Source: a virus. From it: a DNA stretch of 64,000 nucleotides. Location: IMG/VR virus record IMGVR_UViG_3300003873_000003, positions 54,361 through 118,360 of that record. One strand, given 5' to 3'. The number at the start of each line of letters is the position of its first letter. Position 1 is the first letter of the stretch. Under the pieces are notes generated by a model. It was not told the origin of the DNA and ran no database searches. It saw only the letters and a program-made list of their open reading frames with translations. Below are positions 47,023-56,172 of this stretch, piece by piece. The translations under genes and the position numbers were made by a program.

Positions 47023-47703
47023 ATGGCACAGATAGGATTGAACGATGTAGCTGGTATCGAGCCCGCCATGCTGCATAGGTTTCTTGTTCATATAAGCGGC
47101 TTCGATAAGTATGTTGGCGGTGACACTAGAATGGCTACTGTTAGGGCTGCCAATGTTAATGTCACCCACCCAAACACGACATCGGAAGGTATCTTTGGGT
47201 ATGGTACTAAAGAATACTTCCCCGCTTTCACTGATATTGATTCCTTTACTATCGGGTTCGTTGAAGACGCTAGTTTCACGATAACGAAAGCATTGTACCA
47301 GTGGAAGCAAGAGGTGGTTGACCCTAATGGGTTTTACGGGACACCTTCGCAGTACAAAAAGGTAGTGACCGTTGAAGCTACTCCGCCGTTAGCAACTGGA
47401 TACCCACAGCCTAAACCTACCGTCATACCTTACCCACAACCAAAACCGAAACCCCAACCAAAACCAAGTGGTAACACGTCCGATTACCAGTACCAACAAG
47501 CACCTAATAGTTTTGAGTTTACGTACACTAAGACCTCTGAACCTAGAACGCCCCCTGACGGCATTGACCACAGAGGTATGGTGTTTGAACTTAGTGGAGT
47601 ATGGCCCAGTATCACCTCTCCGTTCGAGTATGAGCAGGATGGAGGAGTTCTAATTGTCTCACAAGAGTTCAGTGTTGACAATGGAAGACTTTTGCCTAAA
47701 TAG
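47023..47703 (+). CDS. tube-like baseplate tail-tube initiator (gp54-like) with Pro-rich insertion
   Basis: FTIGFVED, W...V, GVWP..I, FSVD tube-fold motifs; PQPKP repeats. Confidence 0.65.
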   Translation: MAQIGLNDVAGIEPAMLHRFLVHISGFDKYVGGDTRMATVRAANVNVTHPNTTSEGIFGYGTKEYFPAFTDIDSFTIGFVEDASFTITKALYQWKQEVVDPNGFYGTPSQYKKVVTVEATPPLATGYPQPKPTVIPYPQPKPKPQPKPSGNTSDYQYQQAPNSFEFTYTKTSEPRTPPDGIDHRGMVFELSGVWPSITSPFEYEQDGGVLIVSQEFSVDNGRLLPK

Positions 47704-47712
47704 GAGCATAAA

Positions 47713-48399
47713 ATGACAGTGTACAATAAACAAGGATTACCCTCGAATGGCGTTTTCGGCATTTCTGATGTGAACATCCGACCGATGCAGGTTAAGGACT
47801 TGCAGTTGGCGTACCGAGCCCGTGTTGAGGATAACATTACCCACATTATCGACTTGGTGGATGGGTGTATAAAGGAAGATGCGAGAGACCTAACAGTCCC
47901 TGACTTCTATTACTTGTGTGCATGGCTGCGGTTAAACTCGTATCCTGTAACACCCCTTAGCTTGAAATGGGAGTGTAAGAATAAGCATGAGAATACTGAT
48001 ATTGTTAGCACCACGAACTTATCCATAACAGTGTGTGATAAATCTAAGGCAGGGAAGTATGCCGATGTTGAGCTTCACTACGCTACTGTGCGTGACTTGG
48101 AGTACATCAACGAAGTCAAGGCAGAGTTGCCTGAACATGAGGCATGGCTTCTTGATAAAGCTCAGTGGTTATCACCTAAGCTTGGGGATATAACAAAGAG
48201 GGTCGAGCTTCTTAAAGAAGGTGGTATTGAAGACGATATGGCATTGTTAGGGTCTATCTCTACCTTCCGTGCCGATATGCGTCATGGTGTAGCAGAGAGT
48301 GTTAAACTGTGTTGTGAGAAGGAGGAATGCGCCTATCATAGTGGAGTAGAAGTTTTAATCCCTATGAAACTCGTAGAGTTTTTTCCCTTCAATTTCTGA
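47713..48399 (+). CDS. baseplate hub/tail assembly chaperone (gp26-like)
   Basis: LPSNG, IRPMQVKD, DLTVPDFYY..LR.NS, C..H.N; ends EFFP. Confidence 0.7.
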   Translation: MTVYNKQGLPSNGVFGISDVNIRPMQVKDLQLAYRARVEDNITHIIDLVDGCIKEDARDLTVPDFYYLCAWLRLNSYPVTPLSLKWECKNKHENTDIVSTTNLSITVCDKSKAGKYADVELHYATVRDLEYINEVKAELPEHEAWLLDKAQWLSPKLGDITKRVELLKEGGIEDDMALLGSISTFRADMRHGVAESVKLCCEKEECAYHSGVEVLIPMKLVEFFPFNF

Positions 48400-48412
48400 T
48401 AGGAGCGTGAGG

Positions 48413-48559
48413 GTGCGTTGGTACGACATTGGTATCTTAGCTCACCAGCCTTACAACCCCAACATGGCTTGTATTGATTTCTTTTACTTCTATGAGGAGG
48501 CAACGAAGAAGCCGTCTAACGGAGGTGAAAGCCTTAAATCAATGCTTGGCGGAAACTAA
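48413..48559 (+). CDS. small chaperone ORF (gp51-like or frameshift extension of upstream gene)
   Basis: Not in ORF track. Open +1 frame VRWYDIGILAHQPYNPNMACIDFFYFYEEATKKPSNGGESLKSMLGGN between chaperone and tape measure. Confidence 0.6.
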   Translation: MRWYDIGILAHQPYNPNMACIDFFYFYEEATKKPSNGGESLKSMLGGN

Positions 48560-48586
48560 CTGCCCCACATTAAGGAGATTACAAAG

Positions 48587-50923
48587 ATGAGAAACGAACA
48601 AAGTGCTTTCCTTGATACTGGAATTGGGGGAAGTGATACGAGACCGACACACCCTGACGTACAAGTAGGTACGCATGATGAGCAGTTGAGGGCAGCTCGG
48701 GCTGGTATGACACAAATCCAAAACCTTGTGCAGAACACCAACAACGTGTTGGCAGGTACGCAGGGTATAGATGAAGAGAGTTCCCGTGAGCTAGAGACTC
48801 TTAAAGAATCATTGCAAACCGCCGACTCTTTGTTGGGTAAGATTCTTGACCCTCGTGTCCCTGCCAGTGCTAGTGAGGTTCAAGCTCTATCGACTTATTA
48901 CCATAAGATTGATGATATAATCAACAATTCGCATATTGCGCTCCGTAATGGTCAGGATTTAAGCGCACACCTCATGCAGCAATCTCGACTAACGAATCGT
49001 CAGATTCTAACCGAAGGACACCTTGGCGATATTGTTGAAAACTTGGGTTCTCAAGTAGAAGGCTCTTTCGAGAGCTTTGTTTCAAACAATGCTATTGAGG
49101 TTAGTACACGCAGCATGGCAGGCGACTTGACTCGTACTGCCATGATTGCAGGTATGGGTCCCGCAGGTATGCTCGTGCCGCTTATCGACAGGGCTGTAGG
49201 GATTGATAACCTTGCAGACAAGACCCTAGGTGCGGTTGGAGGTCTTGTTAAAGGTACTTTCGGTGGAGCAGGCAGCCTTATAAGCCGTGTTGTACGCCCC
49301 GAAGGTGGAGTCGTTGATGCTAAGATAAAAGACCTGCAAGCGAAAGCAGCATCCAAGAAGCAAGACTTCTTAGACAAGCGTGAAGAGAAACGTGAAGAAG
49401 CCCTAGATAGGAAGAAAGCCAAGCGTCTAAAGCGTGAGCTTAAACGCATGAATGTCGAGTTCGATGAAGAAGGTTGGCTACTTCGCAAAGGGGAGGCACG
49501 CCAAGATAAGTACCGCAAGCGTAGGCTAGAACGCATAGCCGCCACAGAGAGTGTTGAGTCCGAAGCTGTTGCTTCTCTACTACAAGAGGCTGGCGTTGTC
49601 GGTGGTCAAGTTCAAGCTCGCATGTTGGGTGACCCATCAACCCAAGAGCGACCCACACCTGAGATACAGCCTGTTGAGCCTACACCTGAACCTGCGGCTG
49701 ACCCAACACCTGAACCACGCCGTACAGCTTCGTCTTCGGCAGATGAGCCGTATATGGCACCCGTACCTCCGTTTGAGGATAGTGCTAGAGGTACTCAAGC
49801 ACACAGTTCCGAAGATGTTAGCCCTACCTCGTCTTCTAGTGAGCCACAGCGTGAACCATTATTTGACGTTCGTCCTCCAAGCCGAACAGCCGAACCTAGT
49901 CAGGGCATTAGAAGCCCTGCCCGTAGTGTGCAGTTCCGCAAGAAAGAGGCTAAGCGTATCTATAAGCCTATTGTGGCAGAAATACGCTTAGCCTCCAAGG
50001 ATAACACAGAGGCTATACTTGGTGATACTGGGGTTGTATCTGCGTTACATGACATCAACGATACCTTGAAAGCCACAGATGAACATAACTCACGTAACAA
50101 TGGAGATGGTGGGGGTTCAGTGCTAGATGGTCTTGTTGGTGCAGGTGGTGGTATCCTCGGCGCATTGGGTGGTTTGTTCAGTCGGTTTCGAGGTAGCGGT
50201 CGTACCAGTGAGACTCATAGGACAAATGAGACTCATAGGACAAATGAGACTCATAGGACAAATGAGACTCACAGACCTCAAGGTCGTGTAGAGACCCCTC
50301 GTAGCAGCTTACATGCACCTCATGGTGTTCGAGCCCCAGGGTTGCTCGGTGCAGCTATGGATTTGGCAGGCGGCGCATCTGATGTTACGGATATTCTATC
50401 AGATGAAACCCTTAGTGAGCATGACCGCAACGTTGAGGCTTCTAGGGCAGGCGGTGAAGCTGTTGGGGGTATGGCAGGTGCTGTACTTGGAGGTGAGGCA
50501 GGTGCATCCGCAGGTGCAGTTATTGGTACTATGGTCTTCCCTGGGGTTGGTACTGCTGTAGGCACTGTTCTTGGTGGTCTTCTTGGTAGTTATTTCGGTG
50601 CTGATGCTGTATCGCAAGTTGGGGGGTCTGTGGCTTCGAGTGTGGCAGATTTCTTCTCTTCGCCCGATAATACAGCCACTCACACTGCAACCTCGTCTAC
50701 TGGTGTACCGATGCGTGAGGGTACTGTTCTGCGTGGGAGAGCGTTGTCTGACCCCTCCTCGTCTCGACCTAATGTTACACCTATTGTAAACGTTGCCCCT
50801 CCTAAGGTTGAGGTTAAACTACCTGAATCAAAAGAACAAGAAACGAACAGTGTGAACACTAGCCATATACCGTATCGGACGGATGAGTTCGGTACAGCAC
50901 TTCTTAATGGGGGTCATTTATAA
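48587..50923 (+). CDS. tape measure protein (putative)
   Basis: Position after chaperones; helical, glycine-zipper segments, low-complexity linker. Confidence 0.65.
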   Translation: MRNEQSAFLDTGIGGSDTRPTHPDVQVGTHDEQLRAARAGMTQIQNLVQNTNNVLAGTQGIDEESSRELETLKESLQTADSLLGKILDPRVPASASEVQALSTYYHKIDDIINNSHIALRNGQDLSAHLMQQSRLTNRQILTEGHLGDIVENLGSQVEGSFESFVSNNAIEVSTRSMAGDLTRTAMIAGMGPAGMLVPLIDRAVGIDNLADKTLGAVGGLVKGTFGGAGSLISRVVRPEGGVVDAKIKDLQAKAASKKQDFLDKREEKREEALDRKKAKRLKRELKRMNVEFDEEGWLLRKGEARQDKYRKRRLERIAATESVESEAVASLLQEAGVVGGQVQARMLGDPSTQERPTPEIQPVEPTPEPAADPTPEPRRTASSSADEPYMAPVPPFEDSARGTQAHSSEDVSPTSSSSEPQREPLFDVRPPSRTAEPSQGIRSPARSVQFRKKEAKRIYKPIVAEIRLASKDNTEAILGDTGVVSALHDINDTLKATDEHNSRNNGDGGGSVLDGLVGAGGGILGALGGLFSRFRGSGRTSETHRTNETHRTNETHRTNETHRPQGRVETPRSSLHAPHGVRAPGLLGAAMDLAGGASDVTDILSDETLSEHDRNVEASRAGGEAVGGMAGAVLGGEAGASAGAVIGTMVFPGVGTAVGTVLGGLLGSYFGADAVSQVGGSVASSVADFFSSPDNTATHTATSSTGVPMREGTVLRGRALSDPSSSRPNVTPIVNVAPPKVEVKLPESKEQETNSVNTSHIPYRTDEFGTALLNGGHL
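50209..50271 (+). repeat. 18-bp in-frame tandem repeat (ETHRTN)
   Basis: TGAGACTCATAGGACAAA x3 plus a partial copy. Confidence 0.9.
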
Positions 50924-51549
50924 TGCCTGTGTACGCACCTTATAGAGCTATACTTCAATGGAGTACATCCGAGGGTGTGGATGATTATGTTGTGGCTAAC
51001 CTGCCCGAAACATGGTCATTCGCCTTTACTGCTAACTGGGATGCTCCTTGGGCGGACGGTATCATTAACAGTGATGCGTTCAAGCATGGTGCGCACGCCT
51101 TCGGTGTAGCCACTACGACTCAGGAGCTTACCTCTCAAATATGGAACAGTAGTAACTCTGTGGATGTTACTTTACCCTTCATCTTTGTATCCCGTACTTC
51201 GGCTTACGATGATGTTGTGATACCTGCTTACAAGGTAGCAGGTCTTACGTTACCGACAGAGACCGCCTCTTCCTCGCTTAGTGCTCCGGGACCTCACCTA
51301 CAGATTAAGTCTAACGACAACACATGGTTCGCAGTGGACACGCAAGGTGGTGAGCATCTATCCCTTCACATTGGCACGAAGTTTGTGCTTGAGTCGGTTG
51401 TTGTCACAAACGTTAATGTTGAGTTTGACACTATGCTAGATAAAGATGGCTACCCAGTTAAAGCCAAGGTCGATGTGAGTATCAGAACACATACCACGCC
51501 TGTACGTAACAAAGGCGGCTTTAGGGGTATGTTTGGAATCAAGGAGTAA
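50923..51549 (+). CDS. baseplate tube cap/initiator (gp48-like)
   Basis: VVVTNVNVEFD...DGYP..AKVDVSI.T; follows tape measure. Confidence 0.65.
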   Translation: MPVYAPYRAILQWSTSEGVDDYVVANLPETWSFAFTANWDAPWADGIINSDAFKHGAHAFGVATTTQELTSQIWNSSNSVDVTLPFIFVSRTSAYDDVVIPAYKVAGLTLPTETASSSLSAPGPHLQIKSNDNTWFAVDTQGGEHLSLHIGTKFVLESVVVTNVNVEFDTMLDKDGYPVKAKVDVSIRTHTTPVRNKGGFRGMFGIKE

Positions 51550-51552
51550 ACT

Positions 51553-51831
51553 ATGAACCGAAGTGACCTAGCACCCGACCCTATATCACTAGGCTACCAT
51601 GACTTGTTTAACCAAGTCGGGCTACCTTTCGAGGTAACATCCAAGTACGGTTTCGCACCTGACAGGATTTCATTTGATTACTATGGCACATACGATTTTT
51701 GGTGGTTAGTCCTCATGTTCAATGGCTTTGTTCACCCCCGTGAGGTTCAAGTCGGTATGGTTATACGACTGCCGAGTATTAAGACAGTGTTCGCTTCTGC
51801 AACACGAGGAGAGCAAATTGCTTTACCTTAA
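51553..51831 (+). CDS. baseplate LysM/gp53-like protein
   Basis: PDRISFDYYG...WWLVL.FNG..P......IRLP. Confidence 0.8.
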   Translation: MNRSDLAPDPISLGYHDLFNQVGLPFEVTSKYGFAPDRISFDYYGTYDFWWLVLMFNGFVHPREVQVGMVIRLPSIKTVFASATRGEQIALP

Positions 51832-52891
51832 TAAGAGTTTCGGCGTATCCTTGCTTATTGGTGGGAAAGGGTTCCCTCTGACTAACTTGACATTTAACAC
51901 AATCTCTATCTATGAGAACACCTCTAACTCTCTCCCCACGGTGGAGATTGTGTTGCGTGACGTAAACCAATCACTTTATGATGCGTTTGAGCTTGGAGAC
52001 GGTACTTCCATCGAGCTTGTCATTGAGAACAATGGTATCCGTGATGGTATGCGCTTTGACTTAACGGGGTATAGGGGTGACCCTTCCAATAAGGAAGTGC
52101 TACTGTGTGGCATCTTGAGCTACCCTAAATTCTTGCAAGTTTCTACCTTATCATTCAAAGGGACTGCATCTGATGCTTTGCACGCTATCGGTGCAGATTG
52201 CGGTATTCAGAGGTTCAAGATAACGCCGACTATGGACTCGCAGGTGTGGCTTCCATCGCTCTCAACTGGTATAGCTAGGTGCGCAGACATAACCGCAGCT
52301 TCGTACAAAAATGGTTCCTTCTTTAGGTTCGCTATCACAGCCTTGGGGGAGCTAATCTTAGTGGATGTCAATTCACAGATTACCAACAAGGCGTTGCAAC
52401 TGACTGTGGATAACTCTACAACAGGGGCGTACTTGGTGACCTCGTGGAATCCTGAATCTATGAACGGGGTTTTGAACAACTGGAAAGGGTACGGCTTTAA
52501 GGTCACAACCGTTGGTCTTGACAAGACCCCTAAGGTTATCAGCACCACCTCTGTGCGTAAGATGAGTTCGTTCTTGAACCTGTCAAAGACCTTCGGGCAG
52601 GCTGGGTACTCCACTATGGATAACGGCAATACTCATATCAACTATGAGACTGCCTTGCAATCTAACAAGCGCAACTTGGCTTTGTATAATGTGAATAGCC
52701 ATGTGCTGCTCCGAGACTGCATACCTGATGTTGGGTTGCTTGCGCCTGTTGATTTATTTTGCGGTACTCGTCATTCAGGCAGATACCTTATTACGGCTAG
52801 GACTAGGGTTATATCGGGTTCCTCATACTATGAGAAGTTAGAGCTGTGTACAAACGGCTACGCCACAGATAAAAACAGGAGACTTATATGA
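51818..52891 (+). CDS. baseplate hub protein (gp27-like)
   Basis: ISIYEN...P..EIVLRD, SGRYLITA; likely TTG start at 51818. Confidence 0.7.
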   Translation: MLYLNKSFGVSLLIGGKGFPLTNLTFNTISIYENTSNSLPTVEIVLRDVNQSLYDAFELGDGTSIELVIENNGIRDGMRFDLTGYRGDPSNKEVLLCGILSYPKFLQVSTLSFKGTASDALHAIGADCGIQRFKITPTMDSQVWLPSLSTGIARCADITAASYKNGSFFRFAITALGELILVDVNSQITNKALQLTVDNSTTGAYLVTSWNPESMNGVLNNWKGYGFKVTTVGLDKTPKVISTTSVRKMSSFLNLSKTFGQAGYSTMDNGNTHINYETALQSNKRNLALYNVNSHVLLRDCIPDVGLLAPVDLFCGTRHSGRYLITARTRVISGSSYYEKLELCTNGYATDKNRRLI

Positions 52892-53568
52892 CAATGGTTA
52901 ACCCTTCCGAGTTGTTTAAGAAGCGGCTTGAAGATATTGAATTTTTTGGGATAGTTGTAGCTAACACAGACCCCTCAAAGCAAGAACGTCTGCGTGTACG
53001 TGTAAAAGGTCTGTGGGATGAAGTCCCTGATGCTGACCTACCTTGGTTACTTCCTATAAAGGAACCTTGCGATAATACAGCCAATGCTTATTGTTGGGAT
53101 GTCCCTGATGTTGGTTCTTCTGTACGTGTTGTATTTCCTAATAGCGACCTCTACAAGGGTCGCTATAGTGCGTCTATACTGGATGCCAATCTTCCTATCC
53201 CCGACTACCCTAACACCTACGGTCGTATGGATAAGTTTGGGAACTTAATTTATGTAAACAAAGTGACTGGTGATATTATAACGGTTAGTGGTAGCGGCAA
53301 ATCATCGTTCGTCATGCGTGGAAACGGAAGCATCGAAGCCACCTGTACTGACTATTCTATGGTAGCTAGTGGCACAGTCAGTGTGACTTGCAAGACATCA
53401 AACGTTAGAGCCCAGACCTCCGCCACCGTAACAACACCTACACTGAACCTTAACGGTGACAGCACTAACATAAAATGCACTAGCTGCACAGTGAATGCTA
53501 GTGGGGCGGTTAGTTTCACCGCTTCCTCCACCTTCTCCGTGCTTGCTTCTGCAATCAACTTGGGGTAA
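52888..53568 (+). CDS. baseplate central spike (gp5/gpV-like OB-fold + beta helix)
   Basis: GIVVANTDP...RLRVRV, LPW, VPDVGS.VRVVF; ends INLG. Confidence 0.88.
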   Translation: MTMVNPSELFKKRLEDIEFFGIVVANTDPSKQERLRVRVKGLWDEVPDADLPWLLPIKEPCDNTANAYCWDVPDVGSSVRVVFPNSDLYKGRYSASILDANLPIPDYPNTYGRMDKFGNLIYVNKVTGDIITVSGSGKSSFVMRGNGSIEATCTDYSMVASGTVSVTCKTSNVRAQTSATVTTPTLNLNGDSTNIKCTSCTVNASGAVSFTASSTFSVLASAINLG

Positions 53569-53571
53569 CCT

Positions 53572-53931
53572 ATGAGCAGTGACGTTAGCTTGAATGCAAA
53601 GAAAGAAGTTGTCTTCGGTGTACATGCTATCAATAACAGCATCTACTCCTGTATGATGACCCAAGTAGGTGAGAGACCTTGGAACAGAGACTTTGGTAGT
53701 AACATCCCTAGGCTTTTAATGGAGCCTGTTGACGATATTACTGCTCAACTTCTGAAAGTAGCTATCCATCGTAGCCTAGGGAGATGGGAACCCCGTATTG
53801 AGGTAAACTATGCTGCCACTATAGTCACGCCGTTGGATACGAACGATGGCTATTTTTGCCGTGTTGTGTACACTATCCTTGAAACTGACCAACGAGTCAC
53901 CTATAACCTAACACTCCCTTGGAGGAACTAA
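53572..53931 (+). CDS. baseplate wedge gp25-like protein
   Basis: T..GERP....FGS.I..LL.EP, WEPRI. Confidence 0.92.
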   Translation: MSSDVSLNAKKEVVFGVHAINNSIYSCMMTQVGERPWNRDFGSNIPRLLMEPVDDITAQLLKVAIHRSLGRWEPRIEVNYAATIVTPLDTNDGYFCRVVYTILETDQRVTYNLTLPWRN

Positions 53932-53934
53932 GTC

Positions 53935-55362
53935 ATGCCGCCATTATTGCCGCTTGCACAGACATACACTCCCCTTAGTTCAGTTACGCCTGACCAGCTG
54001 GGGAACAAGAGTAAACTATTAGCCTTGCTTGCACAGGCAGGCACATGGACAGACCAGTACACAGGTGGGGTAGGAACGACTCTGATTGACATGATTGCAT
54101 CAGGCGTTACGTACTCACAGTTCGAGATTGAGCGTGCCGTCCAAGAGTGCTTCCCTGATACTGCACAACGTGATGTGTCTGTTTATGCTGCCATGCTTAT
54201 GCTTGGTGTTCGCCTTTCTAGGAAATCACCAAGTGCTGCAACCGTAAGTATAACACCCCCATCCACCTTCACCTTGCCTGTGTACCATGTGTTTGATGCC
54301 GCAGGTGTCCCCTGTTTCAATGAGACATCTTTCCCTATGGTGCAGGGCGTGCCTCACACGTTCACAATCCATGAAGGTGTTATAGGTTCAACGACATTCA
54401 CATCGGATGGCTCTTCTTTCCAACGGTTCCATTTAGGTGTCCCAGGCTTCATTGTCGGTGATGCTAATGTGTACGCCACTGTGAACGATGTACCTTGGAC
54501 AAGAACCACGCTACCTCTATGGCACTACGCAGGTACAGACACAGTTTTCTTTGATAGAACATTACCCTCTGGGGATGTTGAACTTGTGTTTGGTAACGGA
54601 TTCGTAGGTGCGATACCACCTAAAGGCTCTATTATCAAGGTCACTTACGCAACTACATCAGGGACTCAAAAGACAGTTGGCGGTGGTGTTACAGTTAATG
54701 CAGCTAGTACACTCCCTACGGCAACTTCGGGGGCTATCCCTGCGTTGACTGGCTCTACGTCTGCACCTACCGTAGGCTCTGACCAAAAGACGGTTCAGTA
54801 CTACCGTGCAGTGGGACCACAGCTCTCCAATTCGGGTGGTCGAGCGGTTAGTTACGCAGATGCTAAGGCTATCGCAACCAGTATGCCTAACATCATTGAC
54901 TGCCTGCCTAGGGCGCAGCGTGATATAGCCCCCACCAGCTTGGCAGCTATGAACGTGGTTGACTTGACAATCCTCACGGCTAACCCTGCTGCTTGGACAC
55001 AGGCAGATACCGATGCCTTCCTTCTTGCTATGGAGCCTAGTAGGTATATGACAACCCATTACACCGTTACTATAAGCCCTCCAGTTAGCCAACCTATCGC
55101 AGGAACTATCTATGTGCTTAGGACGGCTATTGCTTCCGAGGTGCTGTCTGCCGTTACCTTGGCGGTTACAACGTTTTATCAAGCAGGCGTTTCAAGTATC
55201 GGAAGGGGCTTACTCGTATCTGATATTTATAACATCGTAACAAGCACGGTCGGCGTGGATTACTTGGTGCTATCCGCACCAATAAGCGATGTCGTTGTGC
55301 AGCCCACAGAGCATGTTGTTGTACCTTCTGTTAATTTTGTAACCGTTGTGAGTACACGATAA
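53935..55362 (+). CDS. baseplate wedge gp6/J-like protein
   Basis: F.DTA, SDGSSFQRF, VFGNG..G..P, RAVS..D. Confidence 0.88.
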   Translation: MPPLLPLAQTYTPLSSVTPDQLGNKSKLLALLAQAGTWTDQYTGGVGTTLIDMIASGVTYSQFEIERAVQECFPDTAQRDVSVYAAMLMLGVRLSRKSPSAATVSITPPSTFTLPVYHVFDAAGVPCFNETSFPMVQGVPHTFTIHEGVIGSTTFTSDGSSFQRFHLGVPGFIVGDANVYATVNDVPWTRTTLPLWHYAGTDTVFFDRTLPSGDVELVFGNGFVGAIPPKGSIIKVTYATTSGTQKTVGGGVTVNAASTLPTATSGAIPALTGSTSAPTVGSDQKTVQYYRAVGPQLSNSGGRAVSYADAKAIATSMPNIIDCLPRAQRDIAPTSLAAMNVVDLTILTANPAAWTQADTDAFLLAMEPSRYMTTHYTVTISPPVSQPIAGTIYVLRTAIASEVLSAVTLAVTTFYQAGVSSIGRGLLVSDIYNIVTSTVGVDYLVLSAPISDVVVQPTEHVVVPSVNFVTVVSTR

Positions 55363-56153
55363 TGGATGTCTTCAACGCTACACGACCACCAGTAGGAACT
55401 GACCCCGCAGCTATCGGAGATGTGTGGGAATACATAGAAGGTAATAGACGGTACACTTGCACGGCTGTTGATGCAGCAGGTTTAACTACATGGGCGGAGG
55501 AGCTACTCCACACCTCTGACGACCTATTACCTCAATTCTTGAATGACGACCCATTTTGGGCTGAAATGGTAGCTGCCATTGACTCTTTGCGTGATGAGTG
55601 CGTGGATAGACCAGTGCGAGACTTGCGGTACATTAGGAACTCTTCTGTTCTTCCACGCACATGGAAGATTCAATCAGCCAAGTTAATTGGTGTCGATGTG
55701 AACAATCTACAGTTAACGGATGCCGAGTATGGTCGCCTATTGGAGTTCTTAGTGCAGTTCCAAGGCGACAAGGGGACTATGTGGTTGCAGAGCTTCTTGA
55801 GCTTTGTTAAGGACGTTAAAGTGCAGCTCGTACCTCAATGGACGAACGACCATATAACGTTCGTTGACTCTGTACCTGAATCGTCTAAGTTGCCGATATT
55901 CTCACCTCTAGGGGCAGGCACGTACTACCTGTCGTCTCACTTTCGGCTATCCGTTACCTACAACGCTGGAGCTAACCCCTCTACGTTCAATTTAGCAAAT
56001 TTTACACCTGCTAAACTAACAGAACTTTATTATTTGTTCGGACCTATGACCGTGGTTCTGTTGGTAAGCTTAACGTTCACAGCTCTCACTGTTGATTTGC
56101 CTGTGTACTCGGCAGGTGCTATACACAGGACTGTGAAGGGAACTATATTATGA
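55362..56153 (+). CDS. baseplate wedge gp7/I-like protein
   Basis: LLPQFL...KGT...SFL motif; follows gp6. Confidence 0.65.
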   Translation: MDVFNATRPPVGTDPAAIGDVWEYIEGNRRYTCTAVDAAGLTTWAEELLHTSDDLLPQFLNDDPFWAEMVAAIDSLRDECVDRPVRDLRYIRNSSVLPRTWKIQSAKLIGVDVNNLQLTDAEYGRLLEFLVQFQGDKGTMWLQSFLSFVKDVKVQLVPQWTNDHITFVDSVPESSKLPIFSPLGAGTYYLSSHFRLSVTYNAGANPSTFNLANFTPAKLTELYYLFGPMTVVLLVSLTFTALTVDLPVYSAGAIHRTVKGTIL

Positions 56154-56172
56154 AAAGGAATAGGAGTTAAAT

